Shown here: piece after piece, positions 18,634 to 27,963 of the stretch
Numbering within the stretch: position 1 is the stretch's first letter
How the letters are laid out: every line of letters starts with the position of its first letter
DNA from: Desulfosudaceae bacterium
Lineage (GTDB): Bacteria; Desulfobacterota; Desulfobacteria; Desulfobacterales; Desulfosudaceae
Length of the DNA: 64,000 nucleotides
Direction: 5' to 3'
Assembly (NCBI GenBank): GCA_963674745.2
Contig: CAXXDV010000003.1
Span: forward strand, 1,600,001 to 1,664,000
Translations under genes and position numbers: made by a program
The notes under the pieces: generated by a model
Databases searched by the model: none
Told to the model about the DNA's origin: nothing
Seen by the model: the letters and a program-made list of their open reading frames with translations, nothing else

Positions 18634-18700
18634 CTCAAAAATATTGACACACAAGGCTGTCCTTGCCATTAATGATGACCATAAAAGCAACTTCTTATCC
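18634..18700 (+). promoter_or_regulatory. Portable promoter module
   Basis: CTCAAAAATATTGACACACAAGG…CCATAAAAGCAACTTCTTATCC, 41 bp upstream of the ORF at 18742. Confidence 0.75.
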
Positions 18701-18741
18701 CTATCAGGAATAAGCATTTAATTGTTTTAAAGGTAAAAAAA

Positions 18742-20397
18742 ATGGCTTTAAAAATTATTTCAGACAAGCCCCCTTCTGTGATTTTCATTGCAGGACTTAT
18801 TTCTTCATTAGTATTAATTATCTATTCAAAAACAGTTCATTTTGATTTTGTTTATCTTGATGATCCGCAATTTGTGATAAACAATTTCCATCTATCTGAA
18901 GGATTCTCACTAGAAAACATTTGGTGGGCCTTTACTTCTTCAACGGATATTTCTAATTATTGGATTCCGATTACCTGGCTATCTTTCATATTGGATTACA
19001 ATTTATACGGATTGAATCCCGGCGGATTTCATTTTACAAATTTTCTGCTGCACCTGCTGAACGCTATTCTGCTTTTTGTTTGTTTATTGAAATTTACCCA
19101 AAAATCTTACCCCAGTGCGTTTGTTGCGTTACTGTTTGCCGTACATCCACTTCATGTGGAGTCTGTTGCCTGGATTTCCGAACGAAAGGATGTGTTAAGT
19201 ACCTTCTTTTTTTTATTAACACTGTTATCATATCATTACTATTTGAAATCCTCTAGAATTTTAACCTATCTCGCAGTCATGGGTTCATTTTTATTGGGAA
19301 TTTTATCAAAACCAATGCTTGTGACCTTGCCGTTTATTTTGTTGTTGATTGATTTCTGGCCGTCAAAGCGGGTCTGTTTTGATTCTTCATTGAAATCTCA
19401 AAAACGAATAATCTTAAAAATTATTATCGAAAAAGTTCCTTTTATCCTGGTCATCATATTTTTAAGCTTCATGGCCTATATTACCCAAAAAAAAGGGCAC
19501 GCCATTACTCCCTTTTATGTTCACCCGCCTTTGATGAGAATTGAAAATCTATTTGTCGCCTATATGATTTACCTAAAAAAAATGGTATGGCCACTGGATT
19601 TAGCAGCCCATTATCCATATCCGGGCCAATTTCCTTATAGGGTTATTGCTTTTTCTGTTTTTGCATTTACATTTATTTCTTATTATTCATTGAAAAAAAT
19701 TAAAATCCTCCCTTTTATCGCATTTGGATGGTCATGGTTTATTATTACTCTTTTTCCGGTAATCGGTATTATTTTGATCGGCCCGTATCTTATTGCAGAC
19801 CGTTATGCCTATATTTCTCTGATCGGCATATATATCGCTGTCACATGGAGCTGCGCAGTTACCATTACAAACAAATACCCGCAGACAAAGAATGGAATGA
19901 TAGCCATCAGCGTTGGTATCATCTTAGTTTTAACAGTCCTCTCATGGCGCCAAGTTCAATACTGGGAGAATAGTGAGGAACTATTTAAGAGAACATTTGC
20001 TATCAATCCGCACAACTCTGTAGCGCATAATAATTTGGCGACTTATTACAACGATCGCCATCAATATTTAAAAGCCATCTCGCATTATCAAGAAGCTATC
20101 CGAATAAGTCCGAATTATGCTAATGCATATTATAATCTTGGAAATACCTTTAAAAATATTCAAAAATACAACAAATCGATTCAAAATTATTTAAAAGCAG
20201 TGGAACTGAATCCTAAAAATGTTGAGGCGTACAACAATCTTGGCATCGCTTATTTCTTCGTAAATGATCTTGATCAAAGTATAATATCTTTCCGCAAGGC
20301 GCTGCAAATCGCCCCTAATTACATCATTGCAAAAGAAAATTTACAGCGTGTTTTAATTGAAAAGGAAAATAGTTGTTGCCCATTCAAAAAAGAATAA
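18742..20397 (+). CDS. TMTC-like membrane O-glycosyltransferase with C-terminal TPRs
   Basis: FVYLDD, HPLHVESVAWISERKD, SKPMLVTLP, ADRYAY and TPR repeats. Confidence 0.88.
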   Translation: MALKIISDKPPSVIFIAGLISSLVLIIYSKTVHFDFVYLDDPQFVINNFHLSEGFSLENIWWAFTSSTDISNYWIPITWLSFILDYNLYGLNPGGFHFTNFLLHLLNAILLFVCLLKFTQKSYPSAFVALLFAVHPLHVESVAWISERKDVLSTFFFLLTLLSYHYYLKSSRILTYLAVMGSFLLGILSKPMLVTLPFILLLIDFWPSKRVCFDSSLKSQKRIILKIIIEKVPFILVIIFLSFMAYITQKKGHAITPFYVHPPLMRIENLFVAYMIYLKKMVWPLDLAAHYPYPGQFPYRVIAFSVFAFTFISYYSLKKIKILPFIAFGWSWFIITLFPVIGIILIGPYLIADRYAYISLIGIYIAVTWSCAVTITNKYPQTKNGMIAISVGIILVLTVLSWRQVQYWENSEELFKRTFAINPHNSVAHNNLATYYNDRHQYLKAISHYQEAIRISPNYANAYYNLGNTFKNIQKYNKSIQNYLKAVELNPKNVEAYNNLGIAYFFVNDLDQSIISFRKALQIAPNYIIAKENLQRVLIEKENSCCPFKKE

Positions 20398-20409
20398 AAA
20401 ACCAATAAA

Positions 20410-21144
20410 TTATCTCTTGTAATGTTTCCAAAGTTGATACATCTCGGAAAGAATCAAAGGGAAATCGAAGGCGTGAATTTTTGAACCCTCAATGTGTGTC
20501 CATTCCAGCAGGGGTTCTTCCTGAATATTTCTAGGTAACTTGTTTGATAAAGATAAAAACCTGGCAAGAATCTCAACATCAAATAACCATTTGGTTAAAA
20601 ACGGTTCGGAAATAATCTTTCTGAGTTTTGGCGTTGTTCGGAATAATTTGGCCCCGCATTGAGTGTCATAGATTGGGATATCAAGGATAATAGAAAAAAT
20701 TGTAGCAAAAAAACGGCCAATATAATGCCGAGATTTCCGACGCTGGATATGTCTACCAAGCAGAAGCACTCTCGCCCCCAACACAGCTTCAATATCTGGA
20801 TTCCTTTGAAGGACCGAAATTAATCGATCAATCTCACTAAGAGGCGCAGATAGGTCTGCATCCCAATATCCAACTGTATCCGTTTCTTTTTTTAACGCAT
20901 GAAGGAATCCGATTCGAACAGCCTCTCCTTTACCACCATTATCCTCTAAATGAATAACTTCTAAGGTGTCTGATTTCTTCTTGCAAAGGGCATCTAATAT
21001 ATGACCGGTGCAATCTTTACTACCATCATTAATAAATATAAAAGAGATATTCTCATGCCGGCAGGCATATTCAATAAAATTTTCAACGGGAAGCCGTTTA
21101 GCTTCATTATAACAAGGGACCACAATGGCAGTTGAATGAAACAT
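20410..21144 (-). CDS. GT2 polyprenyl-phosphate glycosyltransferase (Dol-P-glucose synthase-like)
   Basis: IVVPCYNE, INDGSKD, GGKGEAVR, DADL, YDTQCGAK and WLFDVE motifs. Likely start is ATG 21144. Confidence 0.9.
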   Translation of the reverse strand: MFHSTAIVVPCYNEAKRLPVENFIEYACRHENISFIFINDGSKDCTGHILDALCKKKSDTLEVIHLEDNGGKGEAVRIGFLHALKKETDTVGYWDADLSAPLSEIDRLISVLQRNPDIEAVLGARVLLLGRHIQRRKSRHYIGRFFATIFSIILDIPIYDTQCGAKLFRTTPKLRKIISEPFLTKWLFDVEILARFLSLSNKLPRNIQEEPLLEWTHIEGSKIHAFDFPLILSEMYQLWKHYKR

Positions 21145-21303
21145 AGTAATCAGATTTTCCACCTCAACGTCATCGACATAAATTTCCGCTTTTAATCGCA
21201 GGGCCAGGGCAATGGCATCACCGGGGCGGCCTTTTAAGAAAAATTCTCTGTCTTTTGAAATACAGTATATTTTGGCATAAAATGTATTCCCTGAATTGTG
21301 CAC
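21145..21303 (-). pseudogene. C-terminal remnant of a bifunctional nuclease (DUF151), in frame with the GT2
   Basis: FYAKIY…RPGDAIALALRLKAEIYV resembles the DUF151 signature RPSDAIALA. Confidence 0.65.
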
Positions 21304-21440
21304 GGGTATTGCAAAAAAACATCCGAGTCTCCTCTTATATTAGTGTTTAATAGAGAACCAATAATAAAAACAGAAGGGACCCAAATGGTAAAACAGCGAA
21401 TACACGATATCAGGAAAAAGGCCACCAGTAAACAATTTAA

Positions 21441-21753
21441 GGGGCCTCAGGGGTCGGACCTAAAGGGCCTCAGGGAGCGGACCTAACTAACGGTCTGATC
21501 TAAAACAAGATACATCTCAAAATCACCGAAGAATAAGGCTTAGAAAGCACTTTTTGCCCCTAAAAAGATCATTCTAAGTTTTTTTACATAATTGGCATCT
21601 TAAATCAATGTTATTAACCCCCAAAAGTTATTTTAAAAGCTAAGAAACAGCTTTATTTATTTTCACCGGGCGGATTAAAGTGCGGTCTCAAAAATATTGA
21701 CACACAAGACCGTCATTGCTATAAATGGTTAACTTAAAAACAAGTTCTTATCC
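21441..21753 (+). mobile_element. Longer non-autonomous element: duplicated family A motif, internal module and promoter end
   Basis: GGGGTCGGACC at 21450 sits in a near-tandem duplicated 23-mer. Internal homology to 1641-1695. TTGACA(21697)-17-TATAAA, then TTCTTATCC. Confidence 0.6.
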
Positions 21754-21832
21754 TTCCTTTATACTTATCCTTTGAAGACACTGGGGGTGCTGAAACGGAA
21801 ATAAAAACATTGACCGAACGCAGAACGTCATA

Positions 21833-22858
21833 ATGAAACCCGCATATTCAGTTATCACAGTCCTTGTTCTGACCCTAATCGTAATAATAGTCGGTGGAGA
21901 GTTATATCTTCGGCATCAGTTTTCGGCTTACACCACCGCCCTCTGCCCTTCACCATGCCAAAAAGACAACTCGATCGGCTGGATTAACAAAAAAGCCATC
22001 ATCAATAGCCCTTCCTTTTCGAACGATCGGGATAATATTACAATCACGCAGTCAGCAGACGGGAGAAGGATTACTTCTGATGATGGATTAAACAGTTCGA
22101 ATGTTCTCGATCAACTGGTTGTCGTCGGTGGATCTTTTACTCAAGGTTATGGCCTGTCTGACGAAGAAACCTGGCCCTGGCTTCTCCAACAAAAAACACC
22201 CTGCATAGAGATTTTAAATTATGGCACCACCGGATATGGAACATATCAATGCCTGCTAACGCTGGAACGGGTCCTTCCGACGTTGTCTTCACCCAAAATT
22301 GTCATATACGGATTTCTAGAGCATCATCTAATAAGAAATGTGTCACCACCCGATTGGCAGGCGATGCTGGCCATGAACCGGAAAGGAGAGGTTTGGCTTC
22401 CTTATGTTGATATTGATGAGCAAGGCAAACTGGTTCGTTATCCCCCCACTCCTGTCAAGCGATGGCCTTTGGACCATTCTTCAGCGATGGTAAGACTGAT
22501 TGAAATTATGTATCTGAAAACCTTTCAAAGCAGAAACTATTTTGAAAAAATGGACGCCGCCTGGCAACTTATTATGATAGAGATGAGAAACCTATGCGCC
22601 AGGCATGGCTGCCGCCTGGTAGTAATGATTCTTGGATTAAACGACCAAAGCCAAAAGCAGTTTTATACAACGTTCTTAAAAATGAACCATATTGACTATA
22701 TAGACGGCAGCCTCGAATTCTGTCCGGAGTTGCTGCTGGAAAAAGACCCTTTTCATCATCCCAACCCCAAGGCTAATGCCGTCTGGGCGGACATCCTCAG
22801 CAGTCATATTTATTGCCGGGAAAACGAACAGATTGATTTCGTCAAACGCGGACCCTGA
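21833..22858 (+). CDS. Membrane-anchored SGNH/GDSL hydrolase
   Basis: GGSFTQG, NYGTTGYGT and DPFHHPN motifs. Confidence 0.85.
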   Translation: MKPAYSVITVLVLTLIVIIVGGELYLRHQFSAYTTALCPSPCQKDNSIGWINKKAIINSPSFSNDRDNITITQSADGRRITSDDGLNSSNVLDQLVVVGGSFTQGYGLSDEETWPWLLQQKTPCIEILNYGTTGYGTYQCLLTLERVLPTLSSPKIVIYGFLEHHLIRNVSPPDWQAMLAMNRKGEVWLPYVDIDEQGKLVRYPPTPVKRWPLDHSSAMVRLIEIMYLKTFQSRNYFEKMDAAWQLIMIEMRNLCARHGCRLVVMILGLNDQSQKQFYTTFLKMNHIDYIDGSLEFCPELLLEKDPFHHPNPKANAVWADILSSHIYCRENEQIDFVKRGP

Positions 22859-23040
22859 TGATTGGTTATGAGGCAATCGCCTCTTCCGGCGCAGAGATTT
22901 CAAGTACCTCAAGCTGGTTTTGGGAACTTATGGCTGGGGAACTCGGCATTTCCTTTAAAGAAATCTACATCTGTATACGGATAATGACCGACGTAACCCG
23001 ACAAACCAAGGAACGGTTTCGGTTTGAAAACTAGCCTTTT

Positions 23041-23064
23041 TTCCGGAATTCCGGAGACTGTATG
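23041..23064 (+). repeat. Degenerate family B motif
   Basis: TTCCGGAATTCCGGAGACTGTATG versus the reconstituted IS site TTCCGGTATTCCGGGGACAGTATA (4 mismatches). Confidence 0.55.
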
Positions 23065-23687
23065 TCTGTTTTCGTGGAAATTCCGGCCGAACAATGACCC
23101 CGGCGGTGTGACGCCCCTGCCCTGTGCTTCTTAATATGGTTCGATCCCAAAGCATACACCATCCAGTTTTCTGGGAATTTGTCCTGAATATCAGGACAAA
23201 AATATATTCAATAATGGGTCCTGAGATGATCCTATCCCCATCCCATCACAATCAAATGAGCCGCGCAAAATCTGATATTCATTCAAAAAAGCCAATGTGT
23301 TTAATACGTTATTTATGATTCCATCCGTTTTAACCGTATGCATAATAAACCGCCGGATAAAAGCATTTGTCTTTGGCATATTTTTTGGAACCCATCAAAA
23401 CCAGATATAAACCGGATCGGTTTTTGAGCAGTTAATTGATTAAGGGAGGAATGCATATACCAGGAAAAAATTGTGCCGTTAAAACTTGTACAAGGAAGAG
23501 TGGGGGCGGAAATCCCTGCTATGTTATCCTGGTGATTCTGGTTTTGGTCTTTCCCCTTGCTATCCCGGCTCAAGCTGAAAAAGGATTATTATGGCATGGT
23601 AACTGTAAATAATCGTTTTAAATTCCGGTTAAATTCCGGCGGCCGTCTCTCTATTTCTTTGTAACTCGATTATATGAACAAAGAAGG

Positions 23688-23698
23688 ATGCTGTCCCC
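23688..23698 (-). repeat. Inverted family B motif (GGGGACAGCAT)
   Basis: Reads ATGCTGTCCCC on the plus strand; intergenic. Confidence 0.45.
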
Positions 23699-23805
23699 GT
23701 TAATTCAGTTTCTCCCAACACGATTGACACAAAAAAACACCCCTGATATAAACATTCTATATCAAAAAACGCCTTTCTGATGCTGTCAAGTATACAGGTA
23801 AACTG

Positions 23806-24447
23806 ATGCGTCATGAACTGACAGACAAGCCGAGGGAAGTCCGTTGTATTCCCGCCGACATCGACCCGGAACTTTTGAAGCAGGACCTTCCGGTTTTCCA
23901 ACAGAAAGCCGTTGACGCCGGTGCTGCCGACTGTGCCGTTATCACCAGCAGAGACATCATTTTCAACCCGGAAATTACCGCCCGGGTGGCGGCGGACAGT
24001 CGTTTTCCTTCCGTACACTGGCCCCTGGATTACCCCGTAGACGACCTGGCCGAGGCGCTTTGCGCCTATGATAAAGGTATTTTCTTTCGTATGGGCAGGG
24101 TCCCCGGCATGCCGGCCTACGGCGGCGGCCCGATAAGGGATGAAAGCCATCGCCGTCTTTATCAGCAGACCTATGAAATCATTACCCTGATCGAGTCGGC
24201 CGCCTTTTATCTCGGGTATCATCTGGCAATGGGGCTGGCGGCAGGCAACTGCCGGGGCATTTTCTGCGCGGAGGAAAAGCGGTGCCGGCCGATGATCAAA
24301 GGCCAGTCTTGTATCCACGCGAATATCGGCCGTCCTTCTATGGAGGCGGCCGGAATTGACGCCCGGGCCATGTCTGCGGCGCTGAAATGGGAAACAGGTC
24401 CCCCCCCCGATGGTTTTGAAATCGCGGGGCTGGTGATGATTGCCTGA
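23806..24447 (+). CDS. DUF2284-like predicted metal-binding protein
   Basis: AAGNCRGIFC…C…C…RPSMEAAGIDA motif. Confidence 0.8.
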   Translation: MRHELTDKPREVRCIPADIDPELLKQDLPVFQQKAVDAGAADCAVITSRDIIFNPEITARVAADSRFPSVHWPLDYPVDDLAEALCAYDKGIFFRMGRVPGMPAYGGGPIRDESHRRLYQQTYEIITLIESAAFYLGYHLAMGLAAGNCRGIFCAEEKRCRPMIKGQSCIHANIGRPSMEAAGIDARAMSAALKWETGPPPDGFEIAGLVMIA

Positions 24448-24464
24448 AAAGAGAGGAAGCGTCA

Positions 24465-25154
24465 GTGACCAATGCTGCGGTAACAGAACCGGAAAACCGG
24501 CTGGAAAACAACGTTCAGCATCTTAAACGTCTGGCCGTAAAACGCGGTGCTGATGATGCCGTGGTCATCTCTGCCGCGGATGTCATCGTTGACCCCCGGG
24601 TCCGGTTTAAATGCATGATACCCAGATGTTACATGTCCGGTAGCTGCGGCCACTGCCCCCCGCACGGGTATTCCACTCAACAAACGCGGGACATCGTGTC
24701 CGGGTATGGCCGGGCCGTTTTTTTCCGGGTCGGCGTCAAAAGTACCATCATTGCGGCCGACAATGTCCACGAAGCCATTGAATCCGGGGTAATGGATGCC
24801 GGCGGTCATGCCTTGAACCTGGGCGGGTACTATATCCTGGTGTTCAGTATTGTTAAAATTCTGCAAAAAACGGCCGAAGCCGAAGGCTACCGCACCCATG
24901 GTTTTGCCGCAGGTAACTGCCGGGATCCGTTCTGCCATCTTAGGCCGGTTTGCCAGAGCCTGATGACCGACCGGGGCTGCCGGCATCCCAACCTGAGTTC
25001 TTTCTCCATGGAATCCACCGGCATGGATGTTTACCGGATGGCGGCCAGGGTCGGCTGGCAGCAGTATCCCATTGGCGGGAGTTGTCAGCCGGACAGTGTC
25101 CCCCGGGGAAGCCTGATGGGGCTGGTACTGGTAGGCCAAAAAAAAGAGGGGTAA
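24465..25154 (+). CDS. DUF2284 predicted metal-binding protein
   Basis: DPRVRFKCMIPRC…CGHCPP, AAGNC and SMESTGMDVY motifs. Confidence 0.85.
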   Translation: MTNAAVTEPENRLENNVQHLKRLAVKRGADDAVVISAADVIVDPRVRFKCMIPRCYMSGSCGHCPPHGYSTQQTRDIVSGYGRAVFFRVGVKSTIIAADNVHEAIESGVMDAGGHALNLGGYYILVFSIVKILQKTAEAEGYRTHGFAAGNCRDPFCHLRPVCQSLMTDRGCRHPNLSSFSMESTGMDVYRMAARVGWQQYPIGGSCQPDSVPRGSLMGLVLVGQKKEG

Positions 25155-25158
25155 AACC

Positions 25159-25416
25159 ATGAAAAAACGGCCGGCAGGCATTTCCCTTAAAATCCGTGAA
25201 ATCCGCAAAAACATTCAGGCCCTCAAGCAAATGAACCTGACACCGGCCCAGGCAATGAATATGCTCAAAGAACCGGTACTGTGGTTCCGGGTGACTCGGA
25301 ATTTTCGTGAAATTGAAGGGTCCTGGTTCAAAGCCATCAAGCTTTACGTCTATATGTTTGAAGGCGTACCCGACAAAAGGCGGGACAAATCAGCCGGAAG
25401 CAACAGGAAACGATAA
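25159..25416 (+). CDS. Small hypothetical protein
   Basis: GAGGG RBS; starts 4 bp after the preceding stop. Confidence 0.6.
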   Translation: MKKRPAGISLKIREIRKNIQALKQMNLTPAQAMNMLKEPVLWFRVTRNFREIEGSWFKAIKLYVYMFEGVPDKRRDKSAGSNRKR

Positions 25417-25518
25417 GCAACCGGTTAACCATTATTGCGTTCATACCCATGAGTATTTTTTTATCCTATATTAAAGAACCCTTTTATTCCAGAAGTTCCG
25501 TCACCACCAGGGGTAACC

Positions 25519-25544
25519 GGGGTCGGACCAAAAGAAGGTTTAGA
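25519..25544 (+). repeat. Family A motif GGGGTCGGACCAAAAGAAGGTTTAGA
   Basis: The last 18 bp are identical to 4839-4856; the TAACCGGGG prefix is shared with 9431. Confidence 0.75.
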
Positions 25545-25712
25545 CTAACAGGTTGATTTAAAATCGCGAAAACCCCCTGAATCCCCCCCTAATTCTTGAG
25601 TTCTCCCCCGAATTCACCAAACAACTTTGAAAGATTGCCCGGAATTGCTATTATTGTAATGATACAAAACAATAGAGAGAACAAAATTAACATCCTGACC
25701 TGGGGAGAAAAA

Positions 25713-26810
25713 ATGGCGTTAAATTCGGATTCATCGAACCCGGCCGATAAAAGGCATATCCCTTCAAAAGCAAAGATGAAAAAATTCAAGGCGACCTTCA
25801 ACGGCGAGACGATAAGGGGCAATTATGTTCTTATCGACGCCAGATCGTCCGAAGAAAAAACGGCCGACAAGGCCGATGGAAGCCTGAAAGGCCCGGTAAT
25901 GGTATTCTTTCAGGGCCACGGTCAGCGGCCGAAAGACTGCTATGAATTCACGAAGGTGCTGGCGCTTAACGGTTTATCGGGTATATGCCTTGTGCCGACA
26001 TGCGACACCCCTTTTGGTGACGATCCGGCATGGCGGGGCGACCGGGGAAAAATGGTCATCCTGATGGAGGCGATCAGGCATATGCTCGATGAGTGCGGCG
26101 TCTCGGTCGAAGGCTTCAGCCCGATAACCGACATGCCATCGCTGATAAACGGCAGTCCCCTCGTCCCGAAGCCGGACAACAGTTCCGGGAACATCTGTTC
26201 GATCGGCTGGTCTCACGGCGGGATACTCGCCAGGGAATTTGCCTCGAACTATCCCGGCGCCGTCATTGGACTGGCCACTGTCTGCCCGGCCGGTTATAAA
26301 AAATGGAAAAATCCCGGCCATCTGCTCGTAAGATTCGCACTGGAAGCGATCAATTCGGGCGTGCAGACGCTGACAAAAAAATCCCCCGGCGCTATCGGTT
26401 CCGCGTGGGGGCTTACCTGCGGACTTACCGGTGATATTTCCAGATCGGTGACCGACAGCCTTTTGTCAGGCAAACCGTCCAAACTGACGAGGGCATATAA
26501 AGATATCAGCGACTGCGCCCGATTAACTGACGACAGCGTCGCACCGGTCGGCGGCCTTAAAAACATAGCGGTCATCTTCGCGCGCAACGATACATGCATA
26601 GCGGCAGGCGAATACGGCATCGGAAATCTTGATAATCCTTCCGACAGCGACATCGAAGCGTTCTGGAAGCGATACTATCCGTCTAATCCGGCGGACAAAA
26701 CGACTCTGGCATTCAGGATTCTGCCGGGATCGCATACGGCGCCGGCTGCGCACAGCAGGCGCTATGCCGAAACGGTTCTGTCCGCGCTCGGTCAGACCGG
26801 ATTGGAATAA
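25713..26810 (+). CDS. Alpha/beta-fold hydrolase
   Basis: VFFQGHG, GWSHGG nucleophile elbow and C-terminal GSH. GGGGAG RBS precedes ATG 25713. Confidence 0.8.
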   Translation: MALNSDSSNPADKRHIPSKAKMKKFKATFNGETIRGNYVLIDARSSEEKTADKADGSLKGPVMVFFQGHGQRPKDCYEFTKVLALNGLSGICLVPTCDTPFGDDPAWRGDRGKMVILMEAIRHMLDECGVSVEGFSPITDMPSLINGSPLVPKPDNSSGNICSIGWSHGGILAREFASNYPGAVIGLATVCPAGYKKWKNPGHLLVRFALEAINSGVQTLTKKSPGAIGSAWGLTCGLTGDISRSVTDSLLSGKPSKLTRAYKDISDCARLTDDSVAPVGGLKNIAVIFARNDTCIAAGEYGIGNLDNPSDSDIEAFWKRYYPSNPADKTTLAFRILPGSHTAPAAHSRRYAETVLSALGQTGLE

Positions 26811-26837
26811 ACGCACGAAGGGAGTCCCCTGGCTGGT

Positions 26838-26904
26838 AAATATTGACACACAAGGCCGGACCTTGCTATATGATGATGACCATAAAGGCAGCTTTTTTAT
26901 CCTT
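26838..26904 (+). promoter_or_regulatory. Portable promoter module
   Basis: AAATATTGACACACAAGGCCGGACCTTGCTATATGATGATGACCATAAAGGC…TTATCCTT. Confidence 0.75.
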
Positions 26905-26954
26905 CATTGAGTCATTTTGATGATACCAGTATGCAAATAAAGGAACCCGTTTAA

Positions 26955-27554
26955 ATGAAAAAATTCATCTTCCGCTCCGTCCTGTCAATTTCCATACTAT
27001 TGTTGGCTGTCAGCGTCTCTTATGCGGACAGTTTCAGCTTTAGATTATTGGCCAACCGGTCTGCCATTGACGGTGGCTTTGATGCCGTTACCAATGTGAA
27101 TGACAACAATTTCGTTACCGGTGTCAGCGGGGTATATAATGAGGATGAATATGAAATCGTATTTGCCAGGGCAATGATCAAAAACAAGCTGCCTATTAAT
27201 GGATTAGAGGGAATGCTCGGATTCAAGGGAGCCTGGGGAGAAGCCGAAAAGCACCGGCTTGATGGCGACCTGTCAAACGTCGCGTTTGCCCTTTCAGTCG
27301 CTTATGATCTAGCCATCGCCTATTCAGCGCAAATTCCCGTTACCCTTTCAGCAACCGCCAGTTTTGCACCCCAACCCCTTTGTTTTCGGGATTCGAATGA
27401 ATTTTTTGAAGCACTTGCGGAGATTGACTGGAAAGTTTTAAAAAATGCGGCTCTGGTGGCCCGCTATCGGTATATTGAAATCGATTTTGATAAAGGCACC
27501 CGGTGGGAAAAGAAGGACAGCACCGGATATGTGGGTTTAAAATTTTCTTTTTAA
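26955..27554 (+). CDS. Small outer-membrane beta-barrel protein (YfaZ-like)
   Basis: Signal peptide, amphipathic strands and C-terminal YVGLKFSF. Confidence 0.7.
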   Translation: MKKFIFRSVLSISILLLAVSVSYADSFSFRLLANRSAIDGGFDAVTNVNDNNFVTGVSGVYNEDEYEIVFARAMIKNKLPINGLEGMLGFKGAWGEAEKHRLDGDLSNVAFALSVAYDLAIAYSAQIPVTLSATASFAPQPLCFRDSNEFFEALAEIDWKVLKNAALVARYRYIEIDFDKGTRWEKKDSTGYVGLKFSF

Positions 27555-27557
27555 TTC

Positions 27558-27963
27558 CTACAGGCCTTTAGGCCGGCCGTTTTTATCCCATCCGCGGAGT
27601 TTATAATACCGGGAAAGCATCTTTTCCAGTTCGATTCCGGGCCAGCCATCTTCCCGGACCTCATTTAAGATGCGGTCAGGCAGGGTGTCATCGGCCCGGG
27701 TAATCCCTTCCCGGCAGTTCATGTACCGTTCCAGGTTGAAAGTGCGCTCGCCGGCAGTGTAAAAATCTTTTGAGGTGACGTTGTATCCCATGATGCCGGA
27801 CAGCAGCGCGGCATAGTCGGAAAGATCGGTTGTGGCAACCGCTATGGCAGGAAGGTAGCGCATCAACAGGCGCATGATGGGGATGGGGGTGTGCCTGTAT
27901 ATGAAATTCTCTTCTAAAAACGGAAATTCGGTCCATATGCAGAAGATGGCCGAGTTTACCGCT
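27558..27963 (-). pseudogene. Displaced duplicate of the AOR 3' end
   Basis: 27561-27963 is a 403-bp direct repeat of 31176-31578 with about 10 substitutions. Confidence 0.92.

Noticed and set aside
345..26904. Recurring intergenic motifs as integron attC sites or a CRISPR array
   Set aside because: There is no RYYYAAC…GTTRRRY-bounded imperfect palindrome common to the copies, no integrase, and no regular repeat-spacer periodicity or cas genes.
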